From positions 248,001 through 312,000 of the forward strand of contig NIVC01000741.1 in NCBI GenBank assembly GCA_002269645.1: a stretch of DNA of 64,000 nucleotides, read 5' to 3'. Below the pieces are notes generated by a model. The model made no database searches. It was not told the origin of the DNA and saw only the letters and a list, made by a program, of their open reading frames with translations. Source of the DNA: Macrostomum lignano (taxonomy: Eukaryota). How positions within the stretch are numbered: position 1 is the first letter of the stretch; each line of letters begins with the position of its first letter. The position numbers and the translations under genes were made by a program. Shown here piece by piece: positions 25,498-49,134 of this stretch.

Positions 25498-28154
25498 ATG
25501 CTGAGTTTGGTGCCGGCTCCTTTATCAAGAAGGAGGTATTTCCTTTTTCAGCTGATCTTTTCTGCCGTGCTGGTGAGTTTTCTCGTGTGAACCTCTGTGA
25601 AAGTTTGTCTAATTTAGGTCGCTATGGGGGTATTGCAATTTTTTTTCTACAAAATTTCTACAGTGTAATTTCTCCCACCTGCAGTTACTCTTGGCCTACA
25701 TTTTCTTTGTGGCGCCGGCCTCCCAGATGGGGCTCGATTACAACTCCGATAGACTGGTGCAGCTCGATGCGCACCAACTGAAGCGAACTCAGGACCAGCT
25801 GGCGCAATCTGCAGGAGGCAATCTGCAAAATGACGGCAAAATGGCGCAATCGATAGGCAAACCTGCGCAAAGCATAGACCAGCCGAAGCAGACTGCAGAC
25901 CAAGACCCGGAGAAGACAGAAAAGAGACAGGAAAGCAAGGAGCAGAGTGTCGAGTCTAAAAACAACTTAATAGACTCCATTGAAAAGATGGTTCATCATC
26001 AGATAAAGCATCGGGAGCCTTTACAGGAAAACAGTGACAGTGGAGGCAGCCTCAGAAACGCTGGCAGCGGCCCCTCAAAGACCAAAGAGATCCCTCACAT
26101 TCTGCACCACACCTTTGCCTCCGAGATGGTCTACGAGAACTACCGGCCAATGATCAGCAGCTGCTTGAAGCTCAACCCCAACTGGACTTACTACCTGTGG
26201 CGTGACTCCGATGCGATCGCCCTCATCTCTAAGGAGTATCCGGAGTACCTGAAGACTTACCTGAGCTTCAAAGACAACCTGCAACGCTCCGACGCCATTC
26301 GATACGTCATCCTGCACCGGTTCGGAGGTGAATTTTGTTTTACTTTTGTCAATGAGGAACTGATTGTCTGATACAGTGTGCTGATACAGTGTGCTGATAC
26401 AGTGTGCTGATAGTGTGCTGATAGTGTGCTGATACAGTGTGCTGATACAGTGTGCTGATACAGTGTGCTGATACAGTGTGCTGATACAGTGTGCTGATAC
26501 AGTGTGCTGATACAGTGTGCTGATACAGTGTGCTGATACAGTGTGCTGATACAGTGTGCTGATACAGTGTGCTGATACAGTGTGCTGATACAGTGTGCTG
26601 ATACGGTGTGCTGATACAGTGTGCTGATACAGTGTGCTGATACAGTGTGCTGATACAGTGTGCTGATACAGTGTGCTGATACAGTGTGCTGATACAGTGT
26701 GCTGATACAGTGTGCTGATACAGTGTGCTGATACAGTGTGCTGATACAGTGTGCTGATACAGTGTGCTGATACAGTGTGCTGATACAGTGTGCTGATACA
26801 GTGTGCTGATACAGTGTGCTGATACAGTGTGCTGATACAGTGTGCTGATACAGTGTGCTGATACAGTGTGCTGATACAGTGTGCTGATACAGTGGGCTGA
26901 TACAGTGTGCTGATACAGTGTGCTGATACAGTGTGCTGATACAGTGTGCTGATACAGTGTGCTGATACAGTGTGCTGATACAGTGTGCTGATACAGTGTG
27001 CTGATACAGTGTGCTGATACAGTGTGCTGATACAGTGTGCTGATACAGTGTGCTGATACAGTGTGCTGATACAGTGTGCTGATACAGTGTGCTGATACAG
27101 TGTGCTGATACAGTGTGCTGATACAGTGTGCTGATACAGTGTGCTGATACAGTGGAGTTGGTGGAATTTTGACGCAGTAACAACGGATAAATTAAAAAAA
27201 ATAATTCTTTAAAGGTTAATCCAAACTGCCAAACGGGAATTAAAAGTACAAAGCTATTGTTCTACTATGTACTGTAAAACTCCCTTGTGACTGACCCACA
27301 GGCATCTACCTGGACATGGACGTCGAGTGCCTGCAGCCCTTCCACCCGGGTCTCACACACCTTGCCGCCTTTATCGACCAGGAGCGGCTGGAGCAGACCA
27401 GAATCCTTTGGAGGCGGGACTTCAGCGCGATGAACTCAGTCATGGGCTCGGTGCCCGGGCACCCTTTTTACAAGGCCATGGCTGACCGGGTGCTGAAGAA
27501 GTACCCAGGAAGGTACGCGTTCCAATCCACCGGACCTCTCGCGCTCACCAAATTCTTTCAAGAGTACAAAGGGAGCTCAGAAGCCAAGAGCTGGCCGGTA
27601 ACGCTGCTGCCTCCGAGCGTTGCATCGCCACTGATGGACAATCAGAAAAACTGGAAGTGGCTCTGCCGGAAAGCCAGTAAGCATCTCACTATTGCTATGG
27701 TCATTTATTTTTTATTTCTATTTTATTGCAACACAACTGCAGAACAGATCGTAAATCCTAGCCATTCATTATTGTGATAAAACACTATACTCATCTATTA
27801 ATAATTCATTACTCACTAATATTAACCTACCTTTGATTTCACAGCAGTCCCATAAATTCCCAACGTGTAACTCGGATTTGGCAAAACCCCAGCAACCTGT
27901 TCGATTCCACACTCGCCGTTGCTCCTCATCACCTCACACATCCCGCAGAGAGGCGCGGCAGCCCGAGGCTCAGCTGGTTCGACAAAGGCTGCCACATGCT
28001 GGAGTCCAAGAACTGGCACCTGGGCAGCACTGACAAAAGTACAATCGTAGTGCACAGGTTCTTGCACCTTGGGTACGATTCCCACAATCGCAATAGGAGA
28101 TCGAAGTTCGACGTCTCCAAGGACTTTAAGTCTAGAGTGAACTTTTATTTGTGA
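25498..28154 (+). CDS. GT32 glycosyltransferase paralogue 3; exons 25498-25572, 25685-26327, 27302-27676, 27949-28154 (432 aa; in-frame ATG also at 25492)
   Basis: [25 protein letters not shown]|LLLAYIFFV signal anchor; DXD motif YLDMDVEC; spliced frame open (1299 nt). Confidence 0.9.
26366..27153. repeat. 13-bp tandem repeat (TACAGTGTGCTGA)n in GT paralogue 3 intron 2
   Basis: About 60 highly homogeneous copies. Confidence 0.95.
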
Positions 28155-28559
28155 AGAGATTTGAGGACGCTGCTATTGTTTAATTAGTTATGAGTATTAG
28201 CCAAATACTATTGGGTGCTGACGTGAAACAGCTCACGAGAAAATTCTCAGCCTCTGACCACGAGAATTTGATCCAACTTGAGAATATTCTCCGAGTGCGA
28301 GCAAAGGCTCAAAGAGGATATGAATAGAGAAAGTCCTCAAGCTCTTAGAATTTTCTCCGTGACCAGAGCAAATCCTTAGCCACTTTAAACCATAGATAAG
28401 ACGTCGTCCCACTTGATTCTATTGACCTTTATGCGCATCTGAAGCTTACTTGTGCCGAGGAGATTTGCTATAGACATTCTCCGAGTTTCAGTTGGTTATT
28501 GAAACGTATCCCTCGAATGCAAGGAGCGGAGCATATTGGCTAGATTCGCGGAGATTATG

Positions 28560-28751
28560 GGCCGTATGCAGAAAGCTCTGTCTAGGGTAGTCCGGTCTTG
28601 AAAAGCTAGTCTGGACTTGGATTTGGTATGCAGAAACACAAAGTTAGACCGGTCTACTATAGACAGAACTAAGGTAGCTAGACCATAGACTATAGACTGA
28701 ACTACCCAAGTCCGGACTAGCTAGTCTGGACTAAGCTTTCTGCATACGGCC
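28560..28751. mobile_element. MITE-like element with 18-bp terminal inverted repeats
   Basis: GGCCGTATGCAGAAAGCT ... AGCTTTCTGCATACGGCC; no clear TSD. Confidence 0.5.
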
Positions 28752-29520
28752 GTATACGGCCTTTCTGCATAGGCAGCGGAGAATACTCCGCTGCCTGTAT
28801 TCGCGGGATACTTTTTGTCTATGGTATAAGAAAGTGTTCAACCAACCTCACTTTGGCTCGCGGCGTTAATTTTATTGTCTATGGCAGCGGAGCTTACTTA
28901 GTGAGAATCTCCGCTAGCAAAGCACTAGCGACATAGACAAGGCGTACAGGCAAAGTGGGAGACATTTCACCTTGTGAGAATGGAAAGAGAAAGAGAAAAA
29001 GCAAGAGATTTCTTACAAGAGACAAAATGGAAACACAGAAGGATGTTGAGGACAAAAACTTTGTCAGCCCCGATCTGTTGGACAGAGCGAAAACACCTGG
29101 AGCAATTCATACGGCCTGATGCAAACTCGTGCTTTGCCTCTTTTTCGGGATTTTTTCAGGCGCCGCGAACATCATCAAGGGATTTATGAAGGCTTTTCAG
29201 TGCCCATGTACACGCATTCTATAACAGCACATCATGAATCGTCATGAATAGGCAGAAAAAACATTCATAGCCATCTAACAGCCAGTGAGTGAGTCAGTAA
29301 GCACGAATGCGTTTTGCCATATCGATGAGAGTGACGTCAAGGACATCTTGCAGTCGTAGACTCGAATAGTGCAAAAATCTGTATTTCTGCCTGAAAGGTC
29401 TGACATAGCCTTGGCTCACACTTGATATATGATATTCGTTTAGTTTGTACATCGCAACAATAGTAGAAAAATTGCAAGTGCCATTAAATTTCAAAATGGT
29501 AGCAAACTACATGTAGTACT

Positions 29521-31736
29521 TGATGTAACCACGCTCTGGTCGCGGGATAGGGCATGGGAACTTTTTCGAAAGTGCCTCCTATCCCGTGCACCCTCTGCAC
29601 AGAGCTGTCGAGACTCGGCCAGGTCTCCGACCGGGCCTGGAGACTCCCGCTCTGCTGCACCTCTCCTGCTGCCTTGGTCCCGTCTCTCCTGCCGCCACAC
29701 CTGCCTTTCCGGAGCCCCTACCCCTTTCTGTACCTCCCCCTCTACCCTATCTCTTCTGTTCCCGCCCTATTCTTCCTGTACTTTCTCTACCTCCTCCTTT
29801 TTTTTGTCTCCCTCTGCACTCTTTTCCTGCGCTGTCCCCTCTTTCCCTGTGTCTACTTACAGTACTTTGTGTGCTCACCGTCTCCCCATCCCCTCTCAAA
29901 CTCCCAAACGGTGACGCAAGTCGTGTGACCCCTTCTCCCCCTCGGTGACTCATCGATGACTCATCCCCCTCTCTTGCGCAACCTTTTCTCACGCAATTGT
30001 TCTCCTTCCCAAATTTCTCATGTGACACCCACCCCACCTCCGCTTCTATAGTTCTCGTTTTTGCTTCTTTTGTTCTCTCGACCCCCACCAATTATCACAT
30101 TTTCTCCGATTTTCTCTTTCTTTTGTTCTCGTTTTCGCACCTAATTATCACCTTTTCTCCAATGTTTACTTTTCCATTGTTCTCAGTTTTCCCCAATTAT
30201 CCCCGATTTCCAATTCCTTTGTTCTCGACCCCAGCCCTATTGTTCTCAATGTTTGCTTGCGCAACACTTTCGCGACCACCCGCTGCGCCAATTATCCCCC
30301 ACCCCACCTCCGGATTGCGCAATTTCCCGATTTCTCATGTTGCTATGCCGGTCTCATGCTTCTCATCATGACTCATTCTGACGTCATTCTGCCGGCAGCC
30401 AATCAGAGAGAGGGAGCCATGGTAACGACCTTGAGGAGGCGGCTGTGAGGTCTATAAAAGGAAGCGATTTCGGCATGAGAATACTCAACTGAGTTTATCT
30501 CTGTTCCTCTCCTCGTCCTTCTTTGGACTTGCTGTCAGATTGAGTTCTGACCCATTCGTCTATAAGACGAATCCCTGCCGGCCCGCGTCTGTTACCGCCA
30601 AGTTATCCTTAGCTCCCCAAGTGAGCTCGCCTATCGGCCAGCGGTCTGATACCGCCCCGCATCATCAGCATCGCCTGATCTACATCAGCGCCTCGTCGCT
30701 CCAGCGCATCGCCGCTTCACCGTCTGCCTGACTGCAGCCTACAGCCGCCCTCGGTCACTCCGCCTCTCTCTCTCTCTGTGCAGCTGCCGGTAAGTTCCTG
30801 CTACTAATTTGTGCTCTAATTGCCTTTGCTTATCCGGGGTTTGCCTATTTTCCATTGTCTGATTAGAGAGCTGAGCCAATTGTGATACCGTATCTTTTGC
30901 TGTATTTTACTCAATAGTGAAGCTGCCTAATTGCCTGCTTATTTGCCTAAGGGCCTAATTATTAACTATTAACTAACTTCATCATTATTCAATCTTTCAC
31001 CATCATTTCACTCATGGCTTGCTAAGCCTTTCTCCCGGGGTGGCAAAGCATAAGGAAGTTTGGGTAAGCTAATGGCCTCTCCCCGTGCACAGCCCGCCTG
31101 TGAGTGCGTGCTGCGGGGCCGCGTGTGCGTGCAGTAGAGGGATTAGCGAGTCTTGGCACAGAATGGCAGTGGGAAGGTTGCAACCCCATGCTAACGCGTC
31201 CCTTCGCCCTGAGCAATCTAAACTGTAGACAGTACATGTTCGCCTCATACTACTCTTAGTAATCAAAGTCGCAAGCCAGCCTCGCTCACAGCCACAAAGG
31301 ATCCCCTGCTGAGAAATCCTCCAGGATTGAGCCCAGAGTTCCCGATCATGCCCCAAGCAGAGTCCCTGTACTCGGCTGCATGCGTCTCCCCTGTTAGCCT
31401 AAATCCCCTGGTAACCAATCCAGGCGGGGCTCTAGCCTCGAGAGGTCTGGTAGAAAGATCCAGGTGCGCCAGGTCACATAGAGTGGTGGCAGCCACTCGG
31501 TCATACCATGACCGAGTGACCAACTATTGCACCTTGGCTACAGGTGGGGTCCATGTGGGTCCTTGGCCCTCTGGTCACGAAGCGCTACCAAAGCTACTAA
31601 TCATGTGGGCGGGACAGTCTGGTGCTGGAGGTCCGTCAGGTCATTGCCCGGTCATAGGCAGCCTACGGTCATTGCCCCCTCTAGCCATGCGTTCGTCTCT
31701 CTACGGAGCGGACAGGCGACAAGGGCGGTTACATCA
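29521..31736 (+). mobile_element. Solo-LTR-like insertion, 2216 bp
   Basis: TG...CA ends with 10-bp inverted termini TGATGTAACC/GGTTACATCA; 4-bp TSD TACT (29517-29520, 31737-31740); internal promoter motifs; no clear poly(A) signal seen. Confidence 0.65.
30379..30459 (+). promoter_or_regulatory. CRE - CCAAT - TATA Pol II promoter cassette inside the solo-LTR-like element
   Basis: TGACGTCA (30379-30386), GCCAATCAG (~30399-30406), TATAAAA (30453-30459), in canonical order and spacing. Confidence 0.6.
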
Positions 31737-32574
31737 TACTGACAGAAACTTGCATGGATCAAGTACTTGAACTTTTCTTGGAGAGTTTTCTTAAGACTAG
31801 CCTACCTCCCAAATGTATTTGTCTCAGAAATAAAGGGTGTTTCGTCCTGTTATCGAAGTGACTTCTTGGTGGGTCCTTGGATAGTTATCCGGGTCTGGGA
31901 TTTGATCAGCAGATCGAAAACCAGTTAAGTTGCTTCTACTAACGCCTCGCAACATTTACTATTTCCGTCAGGGATTGCGATGGTCAAGAACCGCTACTAA
32001 ACTGCTTGAGGATACAGAAAGCTTGGGGATTTTCTGATAAGGCTTTAGAAGGCATTTGGCGAGCGGCTGGGGAGTTCAGAGAGGATAATTTATGAGCACA
32101 TGTCAGCGATAGCTGTGTGAGGTGGATAAAAAGCAGAATGAAAAATGCCAGCCCATTGGCTGGGCTACTGGCGCCGCACAGAGCACAAACTTTGAGCTAC
32201 AGCTCATCTCACAGAGTTGAAGACACCAGTGCGGGTCAAACGTTTTATTAAACGGTTGAATGGTCCGCGACAGTGTACGCAGCGCAGAGACCGTCAACAT
32301 TTCTCAGGTCGTTCTGTTTCCACTGCACAGAGCCACAGTCGCCACTCAAAAATTTAATAAAAGAGAGAGAGTTGCTGTTTCTAGCAAAGACAGCGCAGCT
32401 CGGTGCTCGGGTTTCTTCCAGCTATCTTTGAATTTGCCTTGTCTTCTATCATTGTAACAGGGGTCAGACTTTTTAGTGGCCTGACCAGAAGAGTGGCTTG
32501 AAGACGGATTTTCCAGAGCCCACTGCTTGCTTCGACACTGAGTACTCAGAACTTAGACTCAAGCATCTGCTGCC

Positions 32575-36446
<3,872 letters not shown>

Positions 36447-36591
36447 TCTGACGAATGTTCGAGCAAAAAGTCAAATTGCAATTAAGTGACAAATAAGTAC
36501 AAAAGTCTATTTTTGGTGCTCATGGAGTTTAAAGGCGCGATCGGCATCCAGAAACAGTTTCTTGATTTCTTTAGGCTTGCAGAATAATTTT

Positions 36592-37788
36592 CAGGTGTGA
36601 TCACAGCAGCGTGCGTGTCGTGGTAGAGCGCCATCACTGCTGCAATCAGTTTCTCTGGCACGTTGTAGGCTCGGAGAACTAGTGGAATCACGCCTCGAGC
36701 CACCGAGTCGAAAGCCTTCAGGAAGTCGATGAACAGACAGAAAAGGTCCGACTGGCGAATGCGCGATTCCTCGATAATTCTCCGGAGCGACTTCTTCACC
36801 ACCTCATCCGGAGTCCTGCAAGGAGACACCCTCGCTCCCTTCCTGTTCATCCTCATCTTGGACTGGGTGCTGCGGACAGGACTACCGGACAACTCGGACG
36901 GCTACATCCTATGCAGGCGAACGAGCAGCCGGCACCCGGAGAAGCGGCTGGCAGTCCTCGGATATGCTGATGACCTCGCCCTGCTGGCATCCACTGCTGC
37001 TGGTGCTCAACGCCTCCTCGACGGCCTAGCTGCTGCCGCTGCGAAGGTTGGCCTTAAGATCAACGCCAAGAAGACGGAGGTCCTGACTGTGCCAGCCGAT
37101 CTGCCAGCGGTCATCCGCCTTCCCAGCATGGACAGCGCAACGGCAGCACCGCTCCCCCGATGTGAGCAGTTCCGGTACCTTGGTGGTCTCGTGCCCAGCG
37201 TCCAGGAGGACCTGCGGCGTCGCAGAGGGCTTGCGTGGGCGGCTTTCCGCTCAGTGCGCATCGTGCTCCAAAGCGACGCCCTGCCAGACCAGCTGAGAAC
37301 CAGACTGTTCCAGGCGGTGGTGGAAACGGTGCTCTTCTACAACGCCGAGACCTGGACCATGACGGATGTGCTGGAGCGCCAGCTGGACGCGGCGCACTCC
37401 AGCCTGCTGCGCGCTGCCTTCAGCGTGCACCGTCACGCCGAACACGTCACCAACCAGGCTCTCTACCAGCGGGCCAAGCTGAGCCCTCCCAGCGTGACCC
37501 TGCGACAGCGCCGCCTGAAGCTGGCGGGCCACGTCATTCGCGCCGAGTCCTACTGCCCGGAGCCGCTGCAGGAGGTCTTGCTGTACACGCAGCAGGGCCC
37601 GTTCCGGCGGGGGCAGGCGCGGACCCGGAGGTTCGTCGACTGTCTGACAGAAGACGCCAGGGCGCCTGATCAGATCAATGGCGCTACCTTCATCAGAGAC
37701 TGCGCAGCTAAGCGTGCTTTTTGACAATGTCCCCCCCTTTCCTGACCACTTGTGGCCGGTGGCCATTGTATTTATTGTATTGTATTGT
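36592..37788 (+). mobile_element. 5'-truncated, 5'-inverted RTE-like non-LTR retrotransposon (reverse transcriptase fragment)
   Basis: Forward part from ~36786: SDFFTTSSGVLQGDTLAP, YADD, LKINAKKT, FRYLG, LAGHVIR, stop at 37724, (ATTGT)n tail. Inverted part 36592-36787: LRRIIEE...FIDFLKAFDSV...AAVITP. TSD AGAATAATTTT at 36581-36591 and 37789-37799. Confidence 0.9.
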
Positions 37789-38387
37789 AGAATAATTTTG
37801 TGTGTTTTGTGTGGTTGAATCATGTAGACAACTGAATTTTACAGGTCTCATAACAGTCTTATTTCATGTTTTTTTTACTTTGAATGTCGAGTGCTTTTTA
37901 GAAGTCACAATGGAAACTTTGTTGAATAATCTGTAATTGTGTAGCTCACCATCGTTCACACTGCATTGGCTGAGTCCTGAATCTACAGTTGCAAACAGCA
38001 TATTGCTGCCAAAGTACGTTCGAAACAGCCTACTTTGGATAACGCATTCAAGTAGTCGCGGTTATTCAAAGGAAATGTTTTCAGAACAAAAACTATAAAT
38101 TTTGCAGCGAGTAAAATGTCTTTTGGCATTACAAGCCTGCATGGTAATGAGTTGATATGGTCCACAGATCGTAAATACATGTTGCAGTGAGCCTTACGAG
38201 GCGTAATTTGCAACCACTCCAATGGACACACGAGTTAAGAAGGATTCTCGTGCCTCTTAAAGCACCGCTATTACACAATCGTGCCTTCAATTTTTTACAA
38301 TTAGATGTTCTCTGGTGACAATCTCCGCCTCTACCTCGACACTCAATCCATGCGCGAGCCAAATCTTCATGATGGAGTTACGAGGGG

Positions 38388-38585
38388 TATTTGTGATATT
38401 TCGGGTTTGTGATATTTCGGGTTTGTGATATTTCGGGTTTGTGATATTTCGGGCTTGTGCTCACTCGGGTTTGTGATATTTCGGGCTTATGATAATTCGG
38501 GTTTGTGATCTTTCGGGTATGTGATATTTCGGGTTTGCGACAATTCGGGTTTGTGATATTTCGGGTTTGTGATATTTCGGATTTG
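38388..38585 (-). repeat. 16-bp repeat (ACAAACCCGAAATATC)n, same family as 63085-63790 but opposite orientation
   Basis: GATATTTCGGGTTTGT units. Confidence 0.85.
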
Positions 38586-39059
38586 TGATGGGAAGTGCTT
38601 TCGGAGCTGTGACTTTTCGGGTTTGTGATGCCTCCCGTATAGTTGTCTGAAACTGATTCAATTTTGACAAAAGCTGAAATTTCAACTTTGTCAGGTCCCA
38701 CTTCTACGAGCCTATATGGACTATCTGAATTCAATCGTAGCTCAAGCCGTTCATTTTTTAATTTTAATTTTTAATTTTTTAACCGCGTTGGCCTTGCTGG
38801 GAAACCGGCCAGTTGAGCGGCGCATCCAGGTGCTGATTTCAGAATTATCAATAGAGATATTCCCATCTCCATGGTCTCTTCAGACCATTTAGTCTATGGC
38901 AAAAGCTCCCGATGGTCTGTGCACAGCTGGCAAAAGTCTGCCAAAATTGAATGCAGACTGTCAATATACGCTCGTTGAAGTGGAACAGACAAAACAAAAT
39001 CAGATTTTTTGAATAGTTAAAATTAATTTATTAAGTACTTAAAAAGAATAGTAAGAATA

Positions 39060-39387
39060 TTATTAATAATAACAATAATAATATTAATTGATTACACCTG
39101 CCCCAATTGGGCCAGATGTGCAACCGACAGCTCAGCCGCAGCTATTGCGCGGCGCATCTGAAGGCTGCGTACGGCTGTTCAGTCCAAGGACTGGGGGGTC
39201 GCCAAACTCACCCTCAATTACCCCAGCTAATGCTGGCACCCATTTTACAGCTGGTTGAACTGAAGCAATGCAGGGGTAATTGTCTTCTTGCTCAAAGACA
39301 CAAATTGTTCCAGTGGGATCGGGAATCGAATCCCGGACCTTCAAAAAGTCGTGAGTCCGACGCTCGAACCACTGAGCTGAACCCCCC
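39060..39387 (-). mobile_element. tRNA-derived SINE with CORE-like domain, copy 1
   Basis: Minus-strand head GGGGGGTTCAGCTCAGTGGTTCGAGCGTCGGACTCACGAC...GATTCGATTCC; body CTTTGAGCAAGAAGAC...CTTCAGTTCAACCAGCTGTAAAATGGGT resembling the MIR CORE; (ATT)n tail; homologous to 54947-55223. Confidence 0.75.
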
Positions 39388-40341
39388 TTGTCACTATAGA
39401 AGGCTCAGCTGCTCAAACTGAGGGTAAATTGTGTACATTTACGAGATAAAAAAGCATTCGGAATAGCAACACCAGCCGTACTCAGAAATCTTGAGTTTAT
39501 TTGGCAATAATTTAAACTTGACAAACAGACTCAATGGAACGCTTTTATTAGGAATCAGAGAAGAAGCGATGTCTCAGCTGCGGAGGTTCTTGCAAATGAC
39601 TTCGTTATTAAAAAGCTGGAAAGGTGAGAACAGAAGTCACTTGGAGAACTTGGGATTAAAACAATAAAACAATATAGTAACTGGTCTCTGAGTATTTGCA
39701 GATGAAAGTATCAAGAAGCGCGTGGGGGTCAGATACAGCAAAGATGGACTATGCAAGACTAAGCTGGAGCTCTAATATATGCTTGAACTCGCTGACTAAA
39801 CGGACAGAGGGGATAAACATGGGGCTGAAACCGGATTAACAAAGAGGCTTAAAACAGCTGGGAGCTTTTTGTAAGCGGCAAACACAGAAGGCATGCAATG
39901 GAGTGAGTTGTACATGCAGCATTGTTAAATAGACCCTTCAAACACTTGACATTTTTCTCAAATTTGTGTAGTGCATTTTTGTAGCGGGGGCAAGTGGACC
40001 CGAGAACCAGGAGCCATGGAATGGGCGGCCCCTCCCACCTGTAGCTATAGGCCAGTCCGACAAACAAACAATTTGACAAACAAATCAAAATCACTCTTGC
40101 CAGGAAAATTCGGCATTTTTTTAAAATTCAGATGCAGAGCCAAAAAGCAGTTGAAATAAACAGCAAATCGAGCAGGACAACCAGTGCGGTCCTGTCGACA
40201 CCAAGGCGAGTTCGACAGGCTCAAAAACTGAAAAGCTAAAACTAGTGAAAAAGGCCGGTCTCGTGAACAAAGCACAAAGACCAGAGGAAGACCCTTCGGA
40301 AAAACTGCTTCAGAGTCGAATGCTTTTTAAAATAATGCTCA

Positions 40342-48674
<8,333 letters not shown>

Positions 48675-49134
48675 TGCTGTTGCCGGAGTGCTGGAAATGC
48701 GGCGGCGGCAATTGTGCACGTCACGTGACCGAATTGCTGCTGAAAGCAGTAGACTGGCTTAAGGTCTTTTAGCTTGTACGGATCAGCCTGTTGATAGGAC
48801 TTGGCCTTTGCCTGGAGCTAAATAGAGGGGCAGAGGGGGGCAGAGGGTGCAGGGAAGGCAGCAGCCGGTTAAATCCATCACAGCGATTATTGGTTCGTCC
48901 CCGCATGGAAGCGCGCGCAGGAAGCCAAGTCTGCAACAAGCCGGGAGTGCAGCTGGTACACTTGCAATTTGCAGGCCTTCACACGCCCGACTGTACCGAG
49001 TTGAGCGCAAGAATCCATTAATAAATCATGCGAGCCGCAGCTTTCATTACCGGTCGGGCCAGAGCTGAGAGCAACGTGTAAATTTATGCCAGCGGTGACC
49101 AGCTGCTCGGTTGCCTCTGTACCGAGCTGCTCTC

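Noticed and set aside
19720-28940. Recurrent CCATAGACAA / GAGCAACTGCTC-like words downstream of GT paralogues 1 and 3
   Set aside because: Suggestive of degenerate DNA-transposon subterminal repeats, but I could not define boundaries or a reliable alignment.
48880-48990. Minus-strand VYQLHSRL peptide resembling the ZIP10 LYQIDSRL ectodomain motif
   Set aside because: It lacks the CPAL part, lies upstream of the signal-peptide exon, and has no supporting splice sites; probably chance.
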